64,000 nt of DNA, from contig SKRM01000017.1 in the NCBI GenBank assembly GCA_007118495.1, positions 8,675 to 72,674 on the forward strand, read 5' to 3'. This document shows positions 1-7,828 of this stretch, piece by piece (the stretch's first letter is position 1; every line of letters begins with the position of its first letter). This DNA comes from Bacteroidales bacterium. GTDB lineage: Bacteria > Bacteroidota > Bacteroidia > Bacteroidales > UBA7960. The notes under the pieces are model-generated. The model worked only from the letters and a program-made list of their open reading frames with translations. It made no database searches and had not been told where the DNA came from. Position numbers and translations under genes: made by a program.

Positions 1-1
1 C

Positions 2-967
2 AGTCACGAAGGTGTCAGCAAAATAACTGTTTCATCGTGTGAAATGGCCCATTACTTCAGCACCCAATGGAATGATATTACCATCGCTTTCCCGGTTAAT
101 ATTTTAGAAATTAACACTATTAATAATCTGGCAGCCAAAATTAATCTCAATATTTTACTTGAATCAGAACAAAGTGCTGGCTTCATGGTCAGTCACGCCA
201 AAGAAAATCTCGGGTTTTTTATCAAAATTGATACAGGCTCTCACCGCACCGGGCTACTCCCTGAAAACAAACAGACCATTAACCGCATTCTGGAGATTAC
301 AACAAAAAATAAATTGCTTGAATTTAAAGGATTTTTGAGCCACGCAGGCCATACCTATAATTGCAATACATACAATGAAGTCAGGGATATATACCATAAA
401 AACCTGGTTATTCTTCAGGAGCTTAAACAATTGTATATTGGTCAGTTTCCCAATCTTATTCTGTCAACGGGTGACACTCCCTCTGCAAGTATGCTTGAAG
501 ATTATGAAGGCGTTGATGAGATCAGACCCGGCAATTTTGTATTTTATGACCTCACCCAGCTCACCATTGGTGCTGCTAATGCCAGTCAGATTGCCATTGC
601 CATGAGATGCCCTGTTGTGGCCGTTCATAAACACAGAAATGAAGTGGTGCTATATGGTGGAGGCATCCATTTTTCGAAAGAATACATTGACTATCCCGGA
701 TTAGGAAAAATCTTCGGTTTACCTGTCAAACAGAATACGGATGGAACATGGGGCAAGGTTGTTGAAAAGGCCTGTCTGTCAAAGCTGTCACAAGAGCACG
801 GTATACTAAGGGCACCAAAAGAATGGATCGATACATGCAATATTGGTGACACAGTTTTTTTGCTGCCTGTGCATGCTTGTATGACGGTGAGTTGCATGAA
901 GAAATATCAGCGGGTTGGGTGCAATTTCTCCAATGGGGATAAAAATGAAATTAAAGCAATGGGATAA
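2..967 (+). CDS. PLP-dependent D-serine dehydratase-like / D-threonine aldolase-family enzyme (alanine-racemase fold); 5' end cut by window edge
   Basis: The frame is open from nt 2 (SHEGVSKITVSSCE precedes the listed Met at 44), so the gene starts upstream of the window. Motifs IKIDTGSHRTG, SHAGHTY, STGDTPS, EIRPGNFVFYD and LLPVHAC fit this family. Confidence 0.6.
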   Translation, partial: SHEGVSKITVSSCEMAHYFSTQWNDITIAFPVNILEINTINNLAAKINLNILLESEQSAGFMVSHAKENLGFFIKIDTGSHRTGLLPENKQTINRILEITTKNKLLEFKGFLSHAGHTYNCNTYNEVRDIYHKNLVILQELKQLYIGQFPNLILSTGDTPSASMLEDYEGVDEIRPGNFVFYDLTQLTIGAANASQIAIAMRCPVVAVHKHRNEVVLYGGGIHFSKEYIDYPGLGKIFGLPVKQNTDGTWGKVVEKACLSKLSQEHGILRAPKEWIDTCNIGDTVFLLPVHACMTVSCMKKYQRVGCNFSNGDKNEIKAMG

Positions 968-1013
968 TGGTAGTTTCTGACTACATACCTGAAAACAACA
1001 TCATGATTTGCGT

Positions 1014-1631
1014 CTAGTATTGTGATATCATAGATGTTTCAACAATGAGATTGAAGTGAATATCAATAACGTCTGAGACCCTTACCAACCCGAACCCAGG
1101 TGATGGCGGATCAATATTGAAATCTGACATCCGCAATTTTTTCGATCCTTTTACATGAAAGGTATATCCGTCTCCCTGGTTAAGCTCAACATCAACCTCG
1201 GTTGTTCTCGATACACCATTAATGAGTATTTCAATTACCGCTGTTAAATAATCAGCATTACTTGTCTTGTGTTCATCATGCATATGGGTTTCAATAAGTC
1301 GAATGTGAATATATGGATTATCCTTTCCCCCCAGTGCATTTTGAAAATCTTTGTTCATGAGGCGATTCTTACAGTCAAATGAACTCACCATCAGGTCAAG
1401 TTGGGCATCTGTAAACTGCAGGACATTTTCTGCAGGAAGAAAATCTGCCAATATGAATCCCCTGGGCATATGGCTTTCAGAGAGACAAAAAAATGAATTG
1501 ATATTTGTTGAGCCATGTATGGTCACCTGGCTCTCCCGGTGAATATGGTACGCATAAAAGCCACCTTCTGAATTTGAAGAAGCGAAGAAAGCAAGGTTTA
1601 TCATTGCGATAAATAGCATGAACCTGATCAT
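1014..1631 (-). CDS. Divergent YceI-like periplasmic lipid/polyisoprenoid-binding family protein
   Basis: 205 aa with a hydrophobic N-terminus (MIRFMLFIAMINLAFFASS). YceI-like layout: VTIHGSTNINSF, LINGVSRTTEVDVEL, KLRMSDFNIDPP...VSDVIDIHFNLIV. Third gene of the minus-strand operon that starts at 3652. Confidence 0.55.
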   Translation of the reverse strand: MIRFMLFIAMINLAFFASSNSEGGFYAYHIHRESQVTIHGSTNINSFFCLSESHMPRGFILADFLPAENVLQFTDAQLDLMVSSFDCKNRLMNKDFQNALGGKDNPYIHIRLIETHMHDEHKTSNADYLTAVIEILINGVSRTTEVDVELNQGDGYTFHVKGSKKLRMSDFNIDPPSPGFGLVRVSDVIDIHFNLIVETSMISQY

Positions 1632-1699
1632 TTTCCGGGTGGTTTATGGGTTTATAAAATTGGGTGGGGCACAAAGACCCCACCCATGCATGTTAGGTC

Positions 1700-3046
1700 T
1701 TAAAATGCAATGGCAGCTTCAATCATTAAGCCGCTGAATTCTCCACCATGGCGATAGTCATTGGGGTCAAAGTCATTGAATCGCTGGTTAACATATTCCA
1801 GCTTCACCAACATATTCTGTGTGGTAAACCAGCCCAGGGCAAACTGAAGTCTGTCAACTGAAACATCACCGTTAGGACCAGAAAGTTCAGCTTTAACCTG
1901 GTTATAGCGAGCTCCTACATAAAACTGCTCGTTGCGGGCAAAGCGATAAACAACCTCGCCGGCAAACTGGGTTGCTCTGCGGTCATCTACGTTGGCATTG
2001 TGTGTACCAGTCGATACCTCATATGCGCCAAAGAACTCAAGTCCGCGGTATTTGATAAACGGCTGAACAATGAATGAAGTAACCTGATGTGTAAAATCAG
2101 GTGAAAGCCTGCCCGATGTAAAACGGTTTGCAGCGTCAGAGGCCTGAACAATTCCGCCGGCACGGAAATTCTGATAGAATTCAGGTTCCATAGCCATATA
2201 GTACCTTGAACCGGCACGGTCACCTGCATAAAGGGTGTTGCGGGTGGTTCCCGGGTTGGTGTACATACTGGCTGTCAGTCGGAAGCGAAGGTCATCAGAA
2301 ACCTGATCATCAAATCCAACCTTTGCAATAACAGAAGGGCTTTTATCGGTTTCGCCATAGTCGCGAACATCACCTGCAATCAAACCACCTGATACACCCA
2401 GCATCATGAAGTACTTTGAACTTGGAAACACATATACCTCACCACCAATTTCAGTGGTAAAGGCATCCATGATGTAATTACCAACAAAGGGGTTGTAGAA
2501 GGTGCGGCCATTGTCGCTGCGACGAAAATGCTGATCTCCATAGTTAAACATCATATGTCCGATGCGAACACTGACATAGTCTTCGAACCACTGGGGATTG
2601 TCCAGCATGGATAATTTGTCAAACTGAATGTATCCACCTTTTACCCAGAACTCCGGATGGTGACGTGATGACATATACGATTCAAGCGACATCCTGATGC
2701 CATCACCCAATTGCACATCAAAATTTAAATTGGCTGTTGCCAGGTTAAAACCTGAACTTAACGGGTAAAGGGCATTCACATTGGTTCCCTGTACTTCTCT
2801 TACATTGGCTTCATTGCTGTGGCTGAGCATTTGCATTTGCTGGGTAAAGTTTCCTCCAACCCTAACCCTGAATCCATCAAAGGGAACGGTATCAGCCAGA
2901 AAGGTTTCAAACACATTCAACCCACCTTTATCTGGTGTTCTGAAATAGCCAATATCAGGCTGCTGTCCAAGAGTCATTAAAGGCAGCGCCAACAACAGTG
3001 CACTCACGAATAAGTTTCTAAAATTAGTTTTCATAAAATGTAACAT
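1700..3046 (-). CDS. Outer-membrane beta-barrel porin-like protein (family not assigned)
   Basis: 448 aa with a signal peptide (FVSALLLALPLMTLGQQ); the Met at 3034 is an alternative start. Gly/Tyr-rich alternating strands, and the C-terminus ...MIEAAIAF ends in Phe as in OM barrels. Confidence 0.6.
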   Translation of the reverse strand: MLHFMKTNFRNLFVSALLLALPLMTLGQQPDIGYFRTPDKGGLNVFETFLADTVPFDGFRVRVGGNFTQQMQMLSHSNEANVREVQGTNVNALYPLSSGFNLATANLNFDVQLGDGIRMSLESYMSSRHHPEFWVKGGYIQFDKLSMLDNPQWFEDYVSVRIGHMMFNYGDQHFRRSDNGRTFYNPFVGNYIMDAFTTEIGGEVYVFPSSKYFMMLGVSGGLIAGDVRDYGETDKSPSVIAKVGFDDQVSDDLRFRLTASMYTNPGTTRNTLYAGDRAGSRYYMAMEPEFYQNFRAGGIVQASDAANRFTSGRLSPDFTHQVTSFIVQPFIKYRGLEFFGAYEVSTGTHNANVDDRRATQFAGEVVYRFARNEQFYVGARYNQVKAELSGPNGDVSVDRLQFALGWFTTQNMLVKLEYVNQRFNDFDPNDYRHGGEFSGLMIEAAIAF

Positions 3047-3070
3047 GATTATAATTGGTTAAACAAAAAA

Positions 3071-3652
3071 TTATCTTGGTGATACAACAACCCTATACGA
3101 TATTTCAACTTCTTCGCCAGTACGCAATGCGCCAAACATGGCTGTGGGTGGTTTCATACGGTAATCGGTCATGTCAATCTTCTGTGTGCCTGAAAACTCA
3201 AGGTCGCCATTTGGTAATACACGGCCAACCGTATTGAGTTCAACCACTCTTGAAACTCCTGCAATGGTCATAACCCCCCTGGTAGTCATTCTGGCAGTGC
3301 CAGGGTTTTCGGCCAATGTGAGTACTTCTCTCAACACAAAATCGATATTGGGATTACTACGCGTATCAAGGGTTTCATTAATTTTTGAATTCATCATCCG
3401 TCCCTCAGAACCTTTAATTGAAGTCGCATCAATACGGATATTCGCGTTTTTCACAGAGGTTATTTTCCCATCCTCAATAACCACTTCAATGGTTCCACTC
3501 GCCTTCTCTACATCTGCAGACCATGATTGTAGATTTGAGGTACCGTCAATGGTTATGTCATGGGTTTTTATCTGGTAAGTTTGCTGGGCCTCAACTGTTA
3601 ATGAGCCAAGGATGATCGCAGCCAACAACAAAATTTTGGTTTTTTTAAACAT
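3071..3652 (-). CDS. YceI family periplasmic protein
   Basis: 193 aa with a signal peptide (MFKKTKILLLAAIILGSLTVEAQ). YceI-like blocks: ITIDGTSNLQSW, IDATSIKGSEGRMMNSKINETLDTRSNPNIDF, MTIAGVSRVVEL, KIDMTDYRMKPP. Confidence 0.75.
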   Translation of the reverse strand: MFKKTKILLLAAIILGSLTVEAQQTYQIKTHDITIDGTSNLQSWSADVEKASGTIEVVIEDGKITSVKNANIRIDATSIKGSEGRMMNSKINETLDTRSNPNIDFVLREVLTLAENPGTARMTTRGVMTIAGVSRVVELNTVGRVLPNGDLEFSGTQKIDMTDYRMKPPTAMFGALRTGEEVEISYRVVVSPR

Positions 3653-3722
3653 GGTTTGGTATTGATTTATCTGTTAAACAATGTCGGCATTAGCCGATTT
3701 TACTTCCATGCCATTGTAAAGG

Positions 3723-3737
3723 GCAATTAACCTGCCA
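3723..3737 (-). promoter_or_regulatory. Sigma-54 (-24/-12) promoter of the YceI-porin-YceI operon
   Basis: The minus strand reads TGGCAGGTTAATTGC, against the consensus TGGCAC-N5-TTGC. GG and GC have correct spacing, with one mismatch. It lies 71 nt upstream of the ATG at 3652 and directly downstream of a sigma-54 activator gene. Confidence 0.75.
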
Positions 3738-3780
3738 GTAAATAACAGAAATGACAATTATGCATACAAGTACCTGTATA

Positions 3781-3818
3781 CCAAACAAAAAACCCTGTGG
3801 CAAAAATGCACACAGGGT
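3781..3818 (-). terminator. Intrinsic terminator of the SBP-kinase-activator operon
   Basis: The minus strand reads ACCCTGTG-(11-nt loop)-CACAGGGT followed by TTTTTGTTTGG. It lies 64 nt after the activator stop codon. Confidence 0.65.
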
Positions 3819-3834
3819 AAACCACCTGTAATTT

Positions 3835-3870
3835 TCGACGAGTTTTCGTCGATCATGACGAAATTTCGTC
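3835..3870. promoter_or_regulatory. Two adjacent palindromes sharing the half-site TTTCGTC/GACGAAA; candidate enhancer (UAS) for the NtrC-type activator
   Basis: TCGACGA-N4-TCGTCGA (3835-3852) and GACGAAATTTCGTC (3857-3870). They lie about 100-135 bp upstream of the -24/-12 element. Confidence 0.5.
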
Positions 3871-3881
3871 TGTTGGGTGTC

Positions 3882-5234
3882 TTAAAACTCCAGTTTGAGC
3901 TTTTCTATCCGTGACTTCAGGGTCGAGGCAGGTACGGACAATATTTTTGCAGCCTTGGCTTTGTTTCCACCCGAGCGCAACAAGGCATCTCTGATGGCAT
4001 TCGACTCAACCTCCCTGACTATTTCATCAAGGGGTTTGTTCTCAAAGTAGAAACAGGTGTGGGGCTTACCCGGAAATCTGATTTCCATGGGCAGGCTTTT
4101 TTTATCAATAACCCCCCCGGGTGAAAGCAAGACCAAACGCTCCATGAGGTTTTTCAATTCTCTTACATTTCCCGGAAAACTATACTGTTTAAGCAACTCC
4201 ACAACCTCTTCGTCCATATGCATTGAGGATGATTGGGCAAACTCTTCCATAAAGTGATTGGTCAGCAACACGATATCTTCAGGACGTTCACGCAATGGAG
4301 GGAGCCTGATGGGGAATACATTCAGCCTGTAAAACAGGTCTTCACGAAACTTACCCTCTGCCACCATTTGCTGGAGGTCTTTCTTGGTGCTGGCTATTAC
4401 CCTCACATCTACCTTGATGGTTTCGGTGCCTCCTACCCTTTCAATTTCACCTTCTTCAAGAGCCCGTAAAAGTTTCACCTGTAAATCATAAGGTATATCG
4501 TCAATATCATCAAGGTAGAGGGTGCCTTTATGGGCCATTTCAAATCTGCCGGTTCTTGCTGTATCGGCTCCGGTAAATGCACCCTTAACATGTCCGAAAA
4601 GCTCGCTCTCAAAAACCTCTCTGGACAATATGGCACAACTTACCTTGATAAAAGGACCTTTTTTACGGTTACTGTTATAGTGAATCACATTGGTCAACAA
4701 CTCTTTGCCTGTTCCGGTTTCGCCCGTTATCAGCACTGTGGTTGACTTCTCAGCAATGAGTCCTACCAGATCAAAAACAGCCTGGGTTGCTTTACTCTTT
4801 CCGACAAATGCCGACATATTGTATTTTTTGTCCACTTCTTTCCGAAGCTGACGGTTCTCTGCCCTTACCTGTTTTAACTCACCTATTCTATCAATGGTTA
4901 GGATTAGTTCATCCATACTGAAAGGCTTCGAAATGTAATCATATGCCCCCAGCTTCATGGCTTTAACGGCAGTATCAACAGTCGCATGTGCTGTCATCAG
5001 AAGCACTGAAACATCAGGAAATTTTTTCCGTATCTCTTGTGTAAGTTCCAGGCCATCCATATCGGGCATTTTCAGGTCGGTCAGCACAAGGTCTACTGGG
5101 TTCTCCGCATCTCTCAGGTACTGAAGTGCGGCCCTGGCTGATGAAAACTCATGCACCTGGTGGCCTTCTTCTCTAAGGTCATCTGCTGTAGTGACCCTGA
5201 TTATCCGCTCATCATCGACAATAAGTATATGCAT
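3882..5234 (-). CDS. Sigma-54-dependent response regulator (NtrC/AtoC type: REC + AAA+ + Fis-type HTH)
   Basis: Receiver N-terminus (MHILIVDDE...DLVLTDLKMPDMDG), Walker A GETGTGKE, sigma-54 contact loop GAFTGA, and C-terminal HTH GNKAKAAKILSVPASTLKSRI. Confidence 0.93.
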   Translation of the reverse strand: MHILIVDDERIIRVTTADDLREEGHQVHEFSSARAALQYLRDAENPVDLVLTDLKMPDMDGLELTQEIRKKFPDVSVLLMTAHATVDTAVKAMKLGAYDYISKPFSMDELILTIDRIGELKQVRAENRQLRKEVDKKYNMSAFVGKSKATQAVFDLVGLIAEKSTTVLITGETGTGKELLTNVIHYNSNRKKGPFIKVSCAILSREVFESELFGHVKGAFTGADTARTGRFEMAHKGTLYLDDIDDIPYDLQVKLLRALEEGEIERVGGTETIKVDVRVIASTKKDLQQMVAEGKFREDLFYRLNVFPIRLPPLRERPEDIVLLTNHFMEEFAQSSSMHMDEEVVELLKQYSFPGNVRELKNLMERLVLLSPGGVIDKKSLPMEIRFPGKPHTCFYFENKPLDEIVREVESNAIRDALLRSGGNKAKAAKILSVPASTLKSRIEKLKLEF

Positions 5235-5237
5235 GAT

Positions 5238-6746
5238 CTACTGCTGTTTGGGTAAAATAACATAAAAAGTGCTGCCTTCGCCTGGCTCGCTGTTAACCTG
5301 GATTTGTCCTCCGTGATCTCTGATTATCTGGTATGAAACCGAAAGGCCCAGGCCAGTTCCTTCTCCCACAACCTTCGTTGTGTAAAACGGGTCAAAAATC
5401 TTTCCAATTTCTGCTTTTGAGATTCCAATGCCATTATCCCGAAATATAACCCGAATCCATTGTTCGTCATTTTCAGCAGTTACTACTATCTCTCCTTTTA
5501 AGGATTGATCAACCTCCATCCGCTCAGCTACTGAGTCAATGGCATTGATAATGATGTTCAGGAATACCTGTTCAATTCTGTTCTGGGCAGCCTGTAATTG
5601 CACATTACAGGCCTGATAGTCAATTACAATATTTACCTTGCGGCTTTTTATGCGGTATTCAGCGAGTTTTACGGCTTGCTTGATAATGTCACATACATTG
5701 ACTACTTCATATGACAAATCACCTTTTCTGCTAAATGTAAGCAAATCTTTAATTACCTGCTCTATGCGGCTCAATGCCTCCTGCATCATAAGGGTGTACT
5801 CCCTCACCTGAGCAGTATTTTCCGGATTTTTGGCAATGCGTTTTAAGCCAATACCAATTCCCGCAAGGGGATTGTTTATCTCATGCGCCACACCTGCTGT
5901 CAAAGTACCTATTGATGCCAGTTTTTCTGATTGCAACAGAGATTGCTGCAGTCTGTTCATGGTAAGGTAAGCGTCTTCAAGACGCTGAAGCATATTGCTG
6001 TAGTTTTGATAAAGCACGTCAATTTCATCATCCATTCCAAAAAGCCGTCTTAGTCTGAAGTATGGACGCATGGTTGATTCACGGATATTCCTTATCCCTG
6101 CCTGAATACTGCGGATTTCAATAGATGCCGACTGCATGCTTAAGGCCCTGAGCGGACTGGCAATGGTATATGAAAAAAACAAGGCAGCAAGTAATCCCAA
6201 CAGAAAAAAGATGGCAATCATAAACCATAACCTCCATAAGGTCATACGCACCTGGGCAAGGATCTCATTTTCCAATATGCCTATTCTGACAACACCAAGC
6301 CCTGTATCCATGCTGGCCATTGAAAAATCTCTGATGATCAGGTCGGGGTTATGGGTGTCGGATAAACGCATAATACCCGGTTGGTCATCAGCAGCAGGCC
6401 AGTTCAGATTGATTAAATCGGGTGGTACCTGGTTTCTGAATGAATGGGCTAGCACTTCATGCTGCCCACTGACAATAAATGCATAGTGAATGGTAGTGTC
6501 AATGGCCATCATATCATTGATCAACATATTCAGTCCTGCGGGATCATTATTCAGGATATAACCCACCGACTGTTCTGCCATGGCCCTGGTTATAAAGTAT
6601 CCGCGCTTCTCAAATTCATGATTCAGTGCATTGCTAACCGAATTTCTGACAATGATCGCATTCAAGGTTCCGAACAAGGCAACAGTCAGGCTTATTCCAA
6701 ACGCAAACTTGGTAAATAAGGGCCATTTTACTTTGCCAGGTATCAT
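5238..6746 (-). CDS. Membrane sensor histidine kinase
   Basis: Two TM segments flank a ~140-aa periplasmic region. H-box GVAHEINNPL, N-box FLNIIINAIDS, G-boxes DNGIGI and GTGLGLSVS. Its start overlaps the upstream gene's stop by 4 nt. Confidence 0.9.
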   Translation of the reverse strand: MIPGKVKWPLFTKFAFGISLTVALFGTLNAIIVRNSVSNALNHEFEKRGYFITRAMAEQSVGYILNNDPAGLNMLINDMMAIDTTIHYAFIVSGQHEVLAHSFRNQVPPDLINLNWPAADDQPGIMRLSDTHNPDLIIRDFSMASMDTGLGVVRIGILENEILAQVRMTLWRLWFMIAIFFLLGLLAALFFSYTIASPLRALSMQSASIEIRSIQAGIRNIRESTMRPYFRLRRLFGMDDEIDVLYQNYSNMLQRLEDAYLTMNRLQQSLLQSEKLASIGTLTAGVAHEINNPLAGIGIGLKRIAKNPENTAQVREYTLMMQEALSRIEQVIKDLLTFSRKGDLSYEVVNVCDIIKQAVKLAEYRIKSRKVNIVIDYQACNVQLQAAQNRIEQVFLNIIINAIDSVAERMEVDQSLKGEIVVTAENDEQWIRVIFRDNGIGISKAEIGKIFDPFYTTKVVGEGTGLGLSVSYQIIRDHGGQIQVNSEPGEGSTFYVILPKQQ

Positions 6747-7642
6747 ATTCTTTCTTTTATTTGTCTGAGTCCGTCGTACAAGGTATCACCCACTACGATG
6801 AAACGGTCTATCTGCAATTCATCCAAAATGGGTTTGGTGCGCGGATTCTCATGCATGGCAGTGAAGAATTGCCTGATACTCTCCTGCAATTCGCGGTTCA
6901 TAAGCAATGAATTGACTACCGGGGGGATTCCTCCATAAGTTGTCTTTTCAATTATCCGTATACCTGCTACAAGTTCAGGGTTTTTCGCAGCAAGGTATTC
7001 AAATATCAGTCCATTCACTGCCGCTCCATCAATTACATTTCGCGCCACCATTTGGATAGACACATCGTGTGAAAGCGAAAATACCACTTCATCAAAAAAT
7101 TCATCTGCAGTTGTTCCTTCTTCAGAAAGTTTCAGGTCAACAAAAAGCTTACCGGTAAAGCACAAAGGGTCTGAATGGGTAAATCTCTTCCCTTTCAGAT
7201 CTTCAAACCGAAAAATTGGACCAGACTCATTAACTATGATATACCCCCTGTAATATGGGCGTCCCTGAACTACAGGAGCCACAAGAAGCTCCATATGATC
7301 AATCCCGAGCAAATAGGCGCCAGAACAAACAAAGGCAATGTCAACCATATTCTGGGCCAGCATTTCATTTACTTCATGATAGGTAGTTCTTTGCTTAAAC
7401 TCAATGGGCATATCCAGAAATTCTGACAGGGCATTGAACAGGTCACGGTAATAGACAAAGCTTTCTCTTGGTGAAATCACAGTTGAAATGGCAACACGCA
7501 GTGACTCTTCATGGTCATCGTTCTCTTGCCGTTCAACTCCACCCGACAGGTCAACTTCTGTCACATCAGGTCTGGGGACATTACATGAGAAAACCAATAC
7601 CAGTAATCCTGCGAAAACCAACCTGGCTTTTATTTGTTTCAT
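6743..7642 (-). CDS. PhnD-like (phosphonate-binding fold) periplasmic substrate-binding lipoprotein, with no ABC permease/ATPase nearby
   Basis: 299 aa with a lipobox (LLVLVFSC). LRVAISTVISPRES...Y..L and a type-2 SBP layout resemble phosphate/phosphonate SBPs. First gene of the kinase/activator operon. Confidence 0.6.
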   Translation of the reverse strand: MKQIKARLVFAGLLVLVFSCNVPRPDVTEVDLSGGVERQENDDHEESLRVAISTVISPRESFVYYRDLFNALSEFLDMPIEFKQRTTYHEVNEMLAQNMVDIAFVCSGAYLLGIDHMELLVAPVVQGRPYYRGYIIVNESGPIFRFEDLKGKRFTHSDPLCFTGKLFVDLKLSEEGTTADEFFDEVVFSLSHDVSIQMVARNVIDGAAVNGLIFEYLAAKNPELVAGIRIIEKTTYGGIPPVVNSLLMNRELQESIRQFFTAMHENPRTKPILDELQIDRFIVVGDTLYDGLRQIKERI

Positions 7643-7767
7643 AGGGCTTGCATACTTTTATCATATAAAAATACATATAATGTTAAACAAATCCATTGCC
7701 ACCATGTTCAGCCGCAAAACCTCTGCCTGACAATCATTTCTAATGCAGCTGTTTTATATAAAAAACT

Positions 7768-7775
7768 TACATTTG
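7768..7775 (+). promoter_or_regulatory. Bacteroidota-type -7 promoter box (TAnnTTTG)
   Basis: TACATTTG lies 53 nt upstream of the lipoprotein-type start at 7829. Confidence 0.35.
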
Positions 7776-7828
7776 TAGTCAATCATCTACCGATCAATTC
7801 AATATTCATTATCCAAACCAACATCCAC

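Noticed and set aside
3761-3784. A second sigma-54-like element (minus strand TTGGTATACAGGTACTTGTATGCA)
   Set aside because: The GG-to-GC spacing is 9 nt instead of 10 and TGGCAC is poorly matched. The element at 3723-3737 fits far better.
7687-7701. Sigma-54-like sequence TGGCAATGGATTTGT (minus strand), 45 nt upstream of the PhnD-like gene, which would imply autoregulation
   Set aside because: The -12 element is TTGT rather than the near-invariant TTGC. No TTTCGTC-type palindromes lie upstream. I keep it only as a weak possibility that TSS mapping could test.
7634-7828. N-terminal extensions of track ORFs: 7634 for the S9 peptidase, 22805 for the TonB receptor, 13839 for M16, 49993 for the AspT-like transporter, 62486 for tricorn
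   Set aside because: In each case an internal Met is followed directly by a canonical signal peptide, lipobox or first TM helix. The extension runs into a neighbouring gene, promoter region or terminator.
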